A DNA stretch of 64,000 nt from a virus (lineage: Duplodnaviria; Caudoviricetes): the IMG/VR virus record IMGVR_UViG_2547132424_000002. One strand, given 5' to 3'. This document shows, piece after piece, positions 18,946 through 26,706 of this stretch (position 1 is the stretch's first letter; every line of letters starts with the position of its first letter). The notes below the pieces were generated by a model. That model saw only the letters and a program-made list of their open reading frames with translations, was not told the origin of the DNA and made no database searches. Position numbers and translations under genes: made by a program.

Positions 18946-19330
18946 TCTGTCTGCCGCCGATATCGCCGAACTCCGCAGCGCGGACGCCGCACTGCCTCCT
19001 GGGCCGTGGTTCCCGCGCCTCAACGACCTGATCGGCGGATGGTGCGTGATGGCGGTGGATTCCCCGCCGTCCGAGGCGCATCCGACTGGCATGATCGCCG
19101 ATTTCACCAGCGATCATGCCGCCGCGCACATCGCACGGATGCGAAACCATCTGGCCGCCCTGCTGGATGCCGCCGAGAAGACTGGCGAGGCGGTGAAGAT
19201 CCTCGAATACGCGCTGCATCTGCGCATGTACGGCGAGCGCGCTCCGGGGGGCAACGAGACCTGGCAGGAGTTCGACCGCCGCTGCGAAACCTTCATCCGG
19301 AGCCTTCAGGAGGCCGACCCCGATGAGTGA
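18938..19330 (+). CDS. Hypothetical protein
   Basis: Coupled; TPGPW-like phage module. Confidence 0.65.
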   Translation: MPDLSAADIAELRSADAALPPGPWFPRLNDLIGGWCVMAVDSPPSEAHPTGMIADFTSDHAAAHIARMRNHLAALLDAAEKTGEAVKILEYALHLRMYGERAPGGNETWQEFDRRCETFIRSLQEADPDE

Positions 19331-19778
19331 CCTTTCCCCCGCCGATATCGCCGACCAGTTCGGCATTCAGGGCCTCGCGGTCAAGGACGGTGTCACCACG
19401 TTGACGACCAAGCCCACCAGCGAGGAAGCCCGGGAACTCGTCCTCGCGATGAGTCTCGCGTGTGGCCGGATGCTCGACGACGACCAGGCGCCGAACTATG
19501 TCGAGTTCGAAGTCCAGCCAGCGGGCCATCCCGGCTACATCGTGCATGTGCGTCGCCAGCCCGGACGGTCCCCGCACAGTTTGCGGCTGGAAGCCGAGAA
19601 GCGGGCCGAACGGGCGGAAGCGATCGTCGAGCGTGTGCGGGAGTACGTGGACGAGTTGACATCCGTGCTTGTGGTGGGTGGCTCCAGTTCCGAACAGCAC
19701 GTGTTCGATACCGAGCGGCGGATCGGACTCATGTTGAACACCCTGATCCGCAAGGAGACCGATACCGATGTCCAGTAA
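19323..19778 (+). CDS. Hypothetical protein
   Basis: Coupled. Confidence 0.65.
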   Translation: MSDLSPADIADQFGIQGLAVKDGVTTLTTKPTSEEARELVLAMSLACGRMLDDDQAPNYVEFEVQPAGHPGYIVHVRRQPGRSPHSLRLEAEKRAERAEAIVERVREYVDELTSVLVVGGSSSEQHVFDTERRIGLMLNTLIRKETDTDVQ

Positions 19779-20079
19779 CCAACCCCGTGACCAGCTCGCC
19801 GAACTGATCGCCTCGCACGAATGGTCGCGTTTTGGCGGCTCGCTCGGCGAGCAGTTGGCCGAGCGGATTTGCGCCGAGGGCTGGCGTCCTCCCGCCGAGA
19901 CGATCTACGACTATGACGATCTCGACGACCTTCCCGACCTGTCGGCGATCCTGCACAACGGTTTCGTCTACCAGCGGTTCGAGGGCTCGTGGTGGTGCGG
20001 GCGCGTCGAGCACCTGTCCGACTGGTTCGCCGGACAGCCCGTGACCGTGATTCACACACCTGGAGAAACCCATGTCTGA
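19768..20079 (+). CDS. Hypothetical protein (paralog of next gene)
   Basis: RDQLA...GWRPP..I...DLD.L. Confidence 0.65.
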   Translation: MSSNQPRDQLAELIASHEWSRFGGSLGEQLAERICAEGWRPPAETIYDYDDLDDLPDLSAILHNGFVYQRFEGSWWCGRVEHLSDWFAGQPVTVIHTPGETHV

Positions 20080-20437
20080 CAACGACTCTCGCGACCAGCT
20101 CGCCAAGTACTGCATGGATTTCGCCGACAATGTCGCGTGGGCGTCCACCGGCGAGGAGGCAGCCAAGCACATCGAAACCGTGCTGGGCTGGCAGCCTCCG
20201 CCCCGCCGCATCGAGACCGCCGAGGAATTGGACGCATTGCAACCGAAAGCCGACATCGGCGTGGTTCCCGCTCTGATCCGATGCGATGACAATTTCGTAT
20301 TCGAGCGGGCAACAGACTTGCTCACCGCCGCCGGTCGGACAGTGTGGTATCGGCCGGGCAGTTCGTTGCAGCGCTACAGCGACGAACTCGCTTATCCGGT
20401 GACCGTGCTGATCGAGCCCGGGCAGGTGAGCTTGTGA
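20072..20437 (+). CDS. Hypothetical protein (paralog of previous gene)
   Basis: RDQLA...GWQPP..I...ELD.L. Confidence 0.65.
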   Translation: MSDNDSRDQLAKYCMDFADNVAWASTGEEAAKHIETVLGWQPPPRRIETAEELDALQPKADIGVVPALIRCDDNFVFERATDLLTAAGRTVWYRPGSSLQRYSDELAYPVTVLIEPGQVSL

Positions 20438-20604
20438 GCGGCAAGTTCCAGTTCACGCCCGGCGCCGCTGTCTGGATCATGCCTGTCGGCTCTGAGGTGC
20501 TCGACGGCGATGGTCTGAACATGACGTGGTCCGACGGTGACGGTGTAACCACCTCGGCGCCACACGGGTTCGTCGCTCCCCCCACCACCGAGGAGGCGCG
20601 ATGA
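20434..20604 (+). CDS. Hypothetical protein
   Basis: Coupled both ends. Confidence 0.5.
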   Translation: MSGKFQFTPGAAVWIMPVGSEVLDGDGLNMTWSDGDGVTTSAPHGFVAPPTTEEAR

Positions 20605-20879
20605 GGTGGCGCAGACGCAAGACCACACCGGAACAAGCCAACGAGATCACCGTGCAGGAAACGCTGATGGCGGCCCGGATCATGAACGGCATCACCCGTG
20701 CCGAACTCGCGTCCAGGTGGGGCGTGACTGTGGAACAGGTGATGGCGTTCGAACGCGGTGAAACCGATCCGCGACTGTCGGAGATCCGGCGGTACGCGCA
20801 CGCTGCCCGCGCGCTGGCGTCCTGGACTCTGACCGGCCTGACCATCGAACCCAATCATGAGGAAGGCGGTGCCCGGTGA
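20601..20879 (+). CDS. XRE-family HTH protein
   Basis: AR...GITRAELA.RWGVT..QV..FERGE.DPRLS.I.RYA. Confidence 0.8.
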   Translation: MRWRRRKTTPEQANEITVQETLMAARIMNGITRAELASRWGVTVEQVMAFERGETDPRLSEIRRYAHAARALASWTLTGLTIEPNHEEGGAR

Positions 20880-21256
20880 GCTGGGACGCAACCCTGTCCG
20901 ACGACCGCGGCCACATCGACGGTGACTGGAATTTCACCCATAACACGAACCAGATGGCGAACGCGATCGTCCACCCCGACGAGAACACCGGCATCGACAC
21001 GATGCACGAGGTCCTGTTCCCGAAAGCTGATGGCCGCGAATGGAAATCGTGGTGGGAAATCCTGAACGGTATGGACGGCCCGACGAGCCGCACCTACCTG
21101 TCGAAGATCATCGACGGTCTCGAAGCCGACCCGCCCCGCTTCCAAGCTATGAACCCACCGAACGGTTGGGGCAGCTACGACACCTTCCTCGAGGTCCTGA
21201 AAGAGATGCGAGACCGGATCCCCGAATGGCCGTGCACCTGGCGGGTGTCCGGATGA
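20876..21256 (+). CDS. Conserved phage hypothetical protein
   Basis: NFTHN..M...L.A.P.RF.AMNPPNGWGSY. Confidence 0.7.
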   Translation: MSWDATLSDDRGHIDGDWNFTHNTNQMANAIVHPDENTGIDTMHEVLFPKADGREWKSWWEILNGMDGPTSRTYLSKIIDGLEADPPRFQAMNPPNGWGSYDTFLEVLKEMRDRIPEWPCTWRVSG

Positions 21257-21449
21257 TGCAGTGGGTTCGCGACACCTACCGTGTGCCGGCGAAACGTGGC
21301 GGCCGTGTCCGCTACACCGGCGACCGCAGCTCGGGACGATCACCGGCATGGTCCACGGGTCGCTCCGCATCCGCCTGGACGGCGAAAAGCATTCGGCGCC
21401 TTACCACCCCACCTGGGAACTCGAATACCTGGAGGCCAACGGTGAGTGA
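21253..21449 (+). pseudogene. Small conserved phage protein, apparent frameshift near 21325
   Basis: VPAKRGGRVRYTG in one frame and GTITG...IRLDG....YHPTWELEYL in another. Confidence 0.6.
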
Positions 21450-21687
21450 AATTCGTACGACCATATGCCAAGGCTGCGGCCGGACGTTCCACGACGATCT
21501 GCCGGAGCGCGCACGCTGCGGCGAATGCCCTCCGCGAAAGTGCGAGAAGTGTGGGCAGATGGACGCGCCCGGGGCATCGTGCTCTTGCTGGATCTCGCTG
21601 GAGGGTATGGCGCTGGCCGACGTCAAGGCCATGTTCGCTCGGGATGGCGGATTCGAGCTGGCTCACGACATTGAGGCTCGGCCGTGA
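21442..21687 (+). CDS. Cys-rich hypothetical protein
   Basis: Several CxxC pairs. Confidence 0.55.
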   Translation: MSEIRTTICQGCGRTFHDDLPERARCGECPPRKCEKCGQMDAPGASCSCWISLEGMALADVKAMFARDGGFELAHDIEARP

Positions 21688-22100
21688 AGCGTGAGGAGCG
21701 TTTCGTCCTGTCGCACCGCCCTTACGCCGTTGACCTGTCCAGTCTGCGCGTAGAGGTCAGCGAGCCATGGGGTGCGATGACCGAAACCCACTACTGGGGC
21801 TACATCGACGCCGTCTGGTTCCGGCGCCGCAAGGGCGTCACGATCGCGTGCACCGGACAGCTGAGAGACCACCAGGACGTGCGCCCGGCGAACGGCCAGG
21901 AGTTCGTGGAGCACGCCACCGATGGCCGATACGGCGGCGACTGCGCGGGCCGCTGGGATGGCGAACGGTATTGGGGTGCACAGGAACCCGAAGTGATCGA
22001 ACAGCACCTCGCCTTGCTCCGGCCGATGCTCGGCAACTATCCGCAAATCCCGGACGGTTGGGACGGCTGGTGGACATTCCCGAAGGAGGCCGACCGGTGA
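21684..22100 (+). CDS. Hypothetical protein
   Basis: Coupled. Confidence 0.65.
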   Translation: MKREERFVLSHRPYAVDLSSLRVEVSEPWGAMTETHYWGYIDAVWFRRRKGVTIACTGQLRDHQDVRPANGQEFVEHATDGRYGGDCAGRWDGERYWGAQEPEVIEQHLALLRPMLGNYPQIPDGWDGWWTFPKEADR

Positions 22101-22246
22101 TTGTGCGAATCGACGGTGTCGAGATCGTCGGCGGCGAAACCGTCGAGCAGTTCGGCAGCGGGTTCGTGGACGTGAAGGACGCCGACGGCAGGGTCCTGGT
22201 GACCTGCCACGGCGTGGAAAAGATCGAGGTGACCCATGACGAATGA
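22097..22246 (+). CDS. Hypothetical protein
   Basis: Coupled; GGAGG SD. Confidence 0.55.
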   Translation: MIVRIDGVEIVGGETVEQFGSGFVDVKDADGRVLVTCHGVEKIEVTHDE

Positions 22247-22463
22247 TCAACCCACACGCGAGAACACTGGTGTCAGCTTCTATATCGCCGCCGCCGATAT
22301 CGCTGACGCCCGTGCACTGTTCGAGCTGTGTGTGCAGAAAGCGGAAACCGGAGAACGGTTCGAAGGCAACCTGGTTCGAGCCTCGGAAGACGGCGGCGCG
22401 GCGCAGGTGTACACGCGCCTGCGCCGAACCCGACGCCGTCGCGAGGTGACCGATGGCCAGTGA
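22236..22463 (+). CDS. Hypothetical protein
   Basis: Coupled. Confidence 0.55.
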   Translation: MTNDQPTRENTGVSFYIAAADIADARALFELCVQKAETGERFEGNLVRASEDGGAAQVYTRLRRTRRRREVTDGQ

Positions 22464-22617
22464 ACCAAACCCCAACGGCTGCCGCTTCTGCGGCATCGAC
22501 GCCGATATCCACTGTCAGCGGTGGGCGCCGGGCGTGGGCTGGCATCGGTGGGCAATACCGACCGATGAGCAACGCAAGCAGCGGATCCTCGCGCGACGAG
22601 AGGCGGTAGTCCAGTGA
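22453..22617 (+). CDS. Hypothetical protein
   Basis: PNGCRFCGI...H..RW....GWH.W..PT motif; coupled. Confidence 0.6.
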   Translation: MASEPNPNGCRFCGIDADIHCQRWAPGVGWHRWAIPTDEQRKQRILARREAVVQ

Positions 22618-22859
22618 GCGAGATCGAGCCCTCGGAGGTGATCCAGGCGGTGGAGTCCTATGTCGGGCGGGAGCTGCGCGACGCCGCGCAGTACAGCAAC
22701 CGGGAGCCGTTCGACCAGTCCGGCATCTGGTCCCTGCATCAGCTCGCCCGCGACATTTACGCGCGCGGTGTGGACGACGGGACACGGCAGGAGGCCGAGC
22801 GTCAGAGGCACCAGCAGAACCGAGACCGGCAAGCAGCCAAGGATGCCCGCGATGTCTGA
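22614..22859 (+). CDS. Hypothetical protein
   Basis: Coupled. Confidence 0.6.
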   Translation: MSEIEPSEVIQAVESYVGRELRDAAQYSNREPFDQSGIWSLHQLARDIYARGVDDGTRQEAERQRHQQNRDRQAAKDARDV

Positions 22860-22998
22860 TCCGTCCACACGCGAGCGCTGCGGCGCCGAGTTCGATTTCT
22901 TCGAGCGCGTCGTGACGATCTGCGTCAGGCCGTCGGGCCATTCGGGCCCGCATCATCCGTGCCAACTGGCTGGAGACGAGGAGACCATCGATGCCTGA
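22852..22998 (+). CDS. Hypothetical protein
   Basis: C....GH.GPH motif; coupled. Confidence 0.5.
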   Translation: MSDPSTRERCGAEFDFFERVVTICVRPSGHSGPHHPCQLAGDEETIDA

Positions 22999-23266
22999 TC
23001 TGTCCACACGCGAGCAGATCCGCGCCGATGCGATCGAGCGGATCGCGCGCAAGATGTTCGAGATTGACCCCAGGGAACGCGAACCGTTCGATTCCGCATA
23101 CCTGCCTCCCGAAGTGCGCGATCACTACCGCAAGTACGCGGGCGTATTCGTCGATGCGCTCGGCGATCTCCTGCCCACCGCCATGGAGGGCCGCTTCATC
23201 GGTCGCGGCCTGGCCCGGCGTACCCGGTACGTGACCGACTGGCGAGAGCCGGAGGTGCCCGAGTGA
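22991..23266 (+). CDS. Hypothetical protein
   Basis: Coupled. Confidence 0.6.
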   Translation: MPDLSTREQIRADAIERIARKMFEIDPREREPFDSAYLPPEVRDHYRKYAGVFVDALGDLLPTAMEGRFIGRGLARRTRYVTDWREPEVPE

Positions 23267-23817
23267 CCATCCAAGACCTCTGCGCTATCTGCCAGCACGG
23301 CGCCACGCACCACGCCAACGGCCTGCTCCTGTGCCCTGAGCACGTGAAGTCGCTGGGCGCCGACCAGCCCCGCGCGGTGCGCCGCGCGGCCGGCTATCAC
23401 GGTGAACGCGCACGCCGGCTGCCTGACCGGATGAAACTGTTCGTGGACGACGAACGCCCGGCACCGCCCGACTGGATGCTGGTCAAAACCCTCCCCGCGG
23501 CCCTCGCGGTGCTGAACGGGTTGCGCCTGTCCGGGTACGGGCTGCTGGCGATCTCGCTCGATCACGACCTGTCCACCCGGATCCAGGACTACCAGGAGGA
23601 CCACACATCACGGCCGATCGTGCTGTGGATGTGCGAGAACGACTGGTGGCCCACCGAGGTGTACGTGCACACGTCGAACCCGGCTGGGGAGGAATGGCTG
23701 ACCGGAATGGTCCGCCGCTACGCCCCGCCGGGCACGCTCTGCGGGTACGGCTCCAACTTCTGGGCCACCTGCCCTATCGACCCTGTCGAACGCAACGTCA
23801 TACGGAAGTTCCGATGA
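23263..23817 (+). CDS. Cyclic-phosphate-processing receiver-domain protein
   Basis: KLFVDDERPAP..W......A...L......ISLDHDL....HTSNP.G. Confidence 0.75.
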   Translation: MTIQDLCAICQHGATHHANGLLLCPEHVKSLGADQPRAVRRAAGYHGERARRLPDRMKLFVDDERPAPPDWMLVKTLPAALAVLNGLRLSGYGLLAISLDHDLSTRIQDYQEDHTSRPIVLWMCENDWWPTEVYVHTSNPAGEEWLTGMVRRYAPPGTLCGYGSNFWATCPIDPVERNVIRKFR

Positions 23818-24287
23818 GCCAAATCCACTCCGCACACCGCCGCGCGCGGGTGCCCTCGATCGTGAACGCGCCGCGGCCACAACGTATTCAGCGCAGCCGC
23901 GCGAAAGGCGCACGCATGCCGGTCAGTGCGACCTACGTCGGCAGGCCGTCTAGGTGGGGAAACCCGTTCCGGATCTACCACAGGCACTCGGTGATCGGCC
24001 CGAAGTGGAGCGTCGTCCGCGCCACGTGGATGCACATCCCCGCCGATCAAGCCATCTACGGCTACATCACGACCAGCTCGCCTTTGCGCAGCGAAGCCGC
24101 GGTGGCTCCGTTCCGGGACCTGCTCGAGGTCCGGCGTCGCGACGAGCCGGACCGGCTGCGGGAATGGCTGGCGCCGCTCTGCGGCCGGGACCTCGCCTGC
24201 TGGTGCCCGCTCACCGACCTCAACGGTGACCGATTCTGCTGCCACGCCGACGTGCTGCTTGAGTTCGCCAACCCGGGGTGGTGCTGA
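23814..24287 (+). CDS. DUF4326 protein
   Basis: PQRIQR.R.KG..MP....YVGRPSRWGNPF...L.GRDLACWC...CHADVLLE.AN. Confidence 0.85.
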   Translation: MSQIHSAHRRARVPSIVNAPRPQRIQRSRAKGARMPVSATYVGRPSRWGNPFRIYHRHSVIGPKWSVVRATWMHIPADQAIYGYITTSSPLRSEAAVAPFRDLLEVRRRDEPDRLREWLAPLCGRDLACWCPLTDLNGDRFCCHADVLLEFANPGWC

Positions 24288-24442
24288 TGGCTGGCTGGAT
24301 TACGTGCTGGGAATGCCAGGGCGACGAAGGCGAGATCGTGAACGGCGAATGGGTCGACTGCTCGTGCTGCCAGGGCGAGGGTGGGCGGCCGGTAGACGAG
24401 ACCTGGCATTGCAGTTGCCAATCGCGAGAGGAGGCACGATGA
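24287..24442 (+). CDS. Small DnaJ-type Zn-finger protein
   Basis: CWECQG...CSCCQGEG; TGATG and ATGA overlaps. Confidence 0.55.
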   Translation: MAGWITCWECQGDEGEIVNGEWVDCSCCQGEGGRPVDETWHCSCQSREEAR

Positions 24443-24594
24443 CCGAGCGTGTCCGGCGGCTGTATATCGTTCCCGATCCGGCGCCTCCGCCTCTGTGGGT
24501 GCCTGCTCCGGAACCATCGGTGTGGCAGGCGGCCGTGGCGCAGCTGCGGGGGATATTCCTGGCCCTGATCGGCCGCCCGCCGCGTGACGGGTGA
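24439..24594 (+). CDS. Hypothetical protein
   Basis: GGAGG SD; coupled. Confidence 0.5.
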   Translation: MTERVRRLYIVPDPAPPPLWVPAPEPSVWQAAVAQLRGIFLALIGRPPRDG

Positions 24595-24974
24595 TTGGAC
24601 TCATGTTGAAGGCGGCGAGTTACTCGCTGACGGCCATGGTGTGCGACATGGTTGACGGGATGCTCGGTGGCGCCGTGGATTTGAGCGGCTGGCGCGACGA
24701 GCTCGGCACTCTCCGCGCACACGTCGCCGGACTGGAGAACCGAATGCCCTCAGGACCGCGCCGATTCGAGGCGTACACGGACTGCCCAGCATGCGGGCGG
24801 ATGGATCATCACTGGCTGCGCGAGCCGCGGCCGAAACCGACACCTGGCCCGGTGCGCGTTCTGCCGGATGGCAGCGAGATCCACCGGTTCGACGGCATGT
24901 CCGGGCCGGACGAATCCATGCACGCGGTGATCCGGATCTGCCGGGACTGCGGACACGAATGGGGCGAGCGATGA
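24591..24974 (+). CDS. Zn-ribbon hypothetical protein
   Basis: CPACG...H ... CRDCGHEW. Confidence 0.6.
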   Translation: MIGLMLKAASYSLTAMVCDMVDGMLGGAVDLSGWRDELGTLRAHVAGLENRMPSGPRRFEAYTDCPACGRMDHHWLREPRPKPTPGPVRVLPDGSEIHRFDGMSGPDESMHAVIRICRDCGHEWGER

Positions 24975-25450
24975 ACACGAGTCTGCTGATCCCTGCGGCG
25001 GTAATCTGTGCTGCCCTCGCTGGCATCCTGATCAGCTGGCTTGGCGAGCGATCGGGTGACAAGGAAGTCCAGCGGCTCGCCACCGCCTCGGAGCCCGACG
25101 GCGTGTACGGGCATCCGTTCGATCCGGTCGTCGAGCTGAAGAAGGAACTGCCGTCCCCGCCGCCGGGATTCATGTGGGAGCTCACCGTGGAGCGATCCGC
25201 CGAATACTGCAACGTCCTGACCCTCGGCCTGCTCCACACCGCGACCGGAAAAGTGGTGGCGTCCAAGACCGCGAACCTGACGAAGAACGGCAACCAGGAA
25301 TGGCGCGCGTTGTACGGCAGCCGCCACCGGCCTGATGTCGCCGCATGGGCGCGAGGCGTCATCGTCGACCACACGGTCGAATGGGCGCAGCGGCAGAAGA
25401 ACATCCACACCCCGCCCGACGGGCCATCACACTACGAGGTGATCGCATGA
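24971..25450 (+). CDS. Membrane-anchored hypothetical protein
   Basis: N-terminal hydrophobic helix. Confidence 0.65.
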   Translation: MNTSLLIPAAVICAALAGILISWLGERSGDKEVQRLATASEPDGVYGHPFDPVVELKKELPSPPPGFMWELTVERSAEYCNVLTLGLLHTATGKVVASKTANLTKNGNQEWRALYGSRHRPDVAAWARGVIVDHTVEWAQRQKNIHTPPDGPSHYEVIA

Positions 25451-25501
25451 GCATCGACAGACGGATCTGATGGCGACCGAGTATCCCGACTACCGACAGG
25501 A

Positions 25502-25840
25502 GTGGACAGCGTGATCGACGTCGAGGCCGTGATGGCCCTGCATTTCGAACGCCTCAAGGTGCCAGCGGACGCCCTGAACGGCGACAACACCTATCACGTG
25601 CAGATTCATTGGCTGCGCGACATCACGCGCCGCCTCGGAATCATCCTCGAAGACGAGAGCATTCCGGACGAGGTCGCCGAACGCATTGTTCGCGGTGTGC
25701 TCTACGGCGCGCCCACCGACGAAGCGGCCCGGCTCCGTATGCGACAGCAGGACGATCGGATGCGCTGGCTTCGCGAGCACACAACCCTGGGCGCCCCCGT
25801 CGTCGATGACCTGCTCGGGAGAAAGAGCGGGCGAGAGTGA
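25502..25840 (+). CDS. Hypothetical protein
   Basis: High GC3; start uncertain (possible frameshifted 5' end from ATG 25470). Confidence 0.6.
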   Translation: MDSVIDVEAVMALHFERLKVPADALNGDNTYHVQIHWLRDITRRLGIILEDESIPDEVAERIVRGVLYGAPTDEAARLRMRQQDDRMRWLREHTTLGAPVVDDLLGRKSGRE

Positions 25841-26202
25841 GTTCAGCAATCACCGACGCGTTCCTCGCCGAGTACGCGCGCGTCTCACCGGAAGGTCGGC
25901 TCGATGTGATCGGCGGCCACACCACCGGCTGGCACACCAATGCCGGGCCCGGCTTACGGCTGGCGGCGGTCTTGTTCCTCACGCCCGACGCGGTCGCTCG
26001 GTGGCGCAAGCGCAGTGTCCAGCTGCGGACGGTAGTGACCTGCCCGGACGGAACCACCCTCGACCACGCCGATCGGATTGACCGCGGTCACCGGTTCATC
26101 GTGGCCCCGTTCGATCTGAGCCCCGCCCAGCACGGCACGTATATCGTGCGCGTCCAGCTCGCCGACGACACCGTCGATCTGCCGTTGGAGGTCAAGCCGT
26201 GA
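25837..26202 (+). CDS. Hypothetical beta-rich protein (DUF6941-like)
   Basis: A.YA.V...GRLDVIGG...G.Y.V.V.L.....LPLEV. Confidence 0.6.
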   Translation: MSSAITDAFLAEYARVSPEGRLDVIGGHTTGWHTNAGPGLRLAAVLFLTPDAVARWRKRSVQLRTVVTCPDGTTLDHADRIDRGHRFIVAPFDLSPAQHGTYIVRVQLADDTVDLPLEVKP

Positions 26203-26307
26203 GCGTGGCCCCCGGACTGTTTGTCGCGGCCGGAGTCCGGCTGCTCGGCCAGGCCGTGAAACGCCGGTGTGAAATCAGTTCGGGGGCAGCGTCGATGATC
26301 CGCTACA

Positions 26308-26417
26308 GTGTCGGCACTTCCGGTGCGGAGATCCGAGGTTCCTTCACTTTTGGTTGAAACCGACACCTCGGGCACTTATTTCTCGGGAGCACAACTTCAG
26401 AGTGTGGTGATCGCCCG
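26308..26417 (+). ncRNA. Two candidate small stem-loop RNAs (possible further Y-like RNAs)
   Basis: Closing stems GTGTCGG/CCGACAC (26308-14/26360-66) and CGGGC/GCCCG (26369-73/26413-17), each opening with CACTT. Confidence 0.4.
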
Positions 26418-26551
26418 GTGTGTTGGAACTGGGGTTACTTCTTGCAGAGAAACGCGGGTTCGAATCCCGTCGGCGGCGACTGGTGTCGTCGTCGTGGCTG
26501 AGCGGCCTAAGGCACTTCCTCGGACCGTTTTTTCTCGGGCGATTCAGCACC
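26418..26551 (+). ncRNA. yrlA: YrlA-type Y RNA (circularly permuted tRNA mimic)
   Basis: T-arm GCGGG-TTCGAAT-CCCGT (26454-70), 10-bp acceptor-like hairpin (26471-94), then class-II-like D-arm TGGCTGAGCGGCCTAAGGC (26495-513); upstream of a Ro60 gene. Ends approximate. Confidence 0.8.
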
Positions 26552-26554
26552 TCG

Positions 26555-26665
26555 TGTGAGGGCCTGGTGCGTGGGCGGTGGATACTTCCTTGGTTGAAAT
26601 CCCTTCGGGGACTGCGGGTTCGAGCCCCGCGTGTGCCATCGCCGATCTTTCTCAGGCTCTTCACA
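26555..26665 (+). ncRNA. Second Y-like RNA with T-arm
   Basis: Outer stem TGTGA-GGGCCTG/CAGGCTC-T-TCACA; inner stem GGCGGTGG/CCATCGCC; cUUCGg hairpin 26600-11; T-arm GCGGG-TTCGAGC-CCCGC 26614-30. Confidence 0.65.
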
Positions 26666-26706
26666 CCACACTCTGGACACGTGCACCCCCTGACCAAGGG
26701 GACAGC

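Noticed and set aside
26309-26330. PafBC-type DNA-damage promoter (TGTCGG-N10-TA)
   Set aside because: TGTCGG is present but the TA at the required spacing is not
26418-26643. Canonical tRNA genes (two GGTTCGA T-loops)
   Set aside because: Arm order is permuted or the D-arm is missing, and there is no proper anticodon arm or CCA end; better explained as Y RNAs
26578-26706. N-terminal extension of the TROVE ORF given in the ORF track
   Set aside because: It overlaps the tRNA-like RNA and has low GC3; ATG 26707 has an SD and a typical MSKFN start
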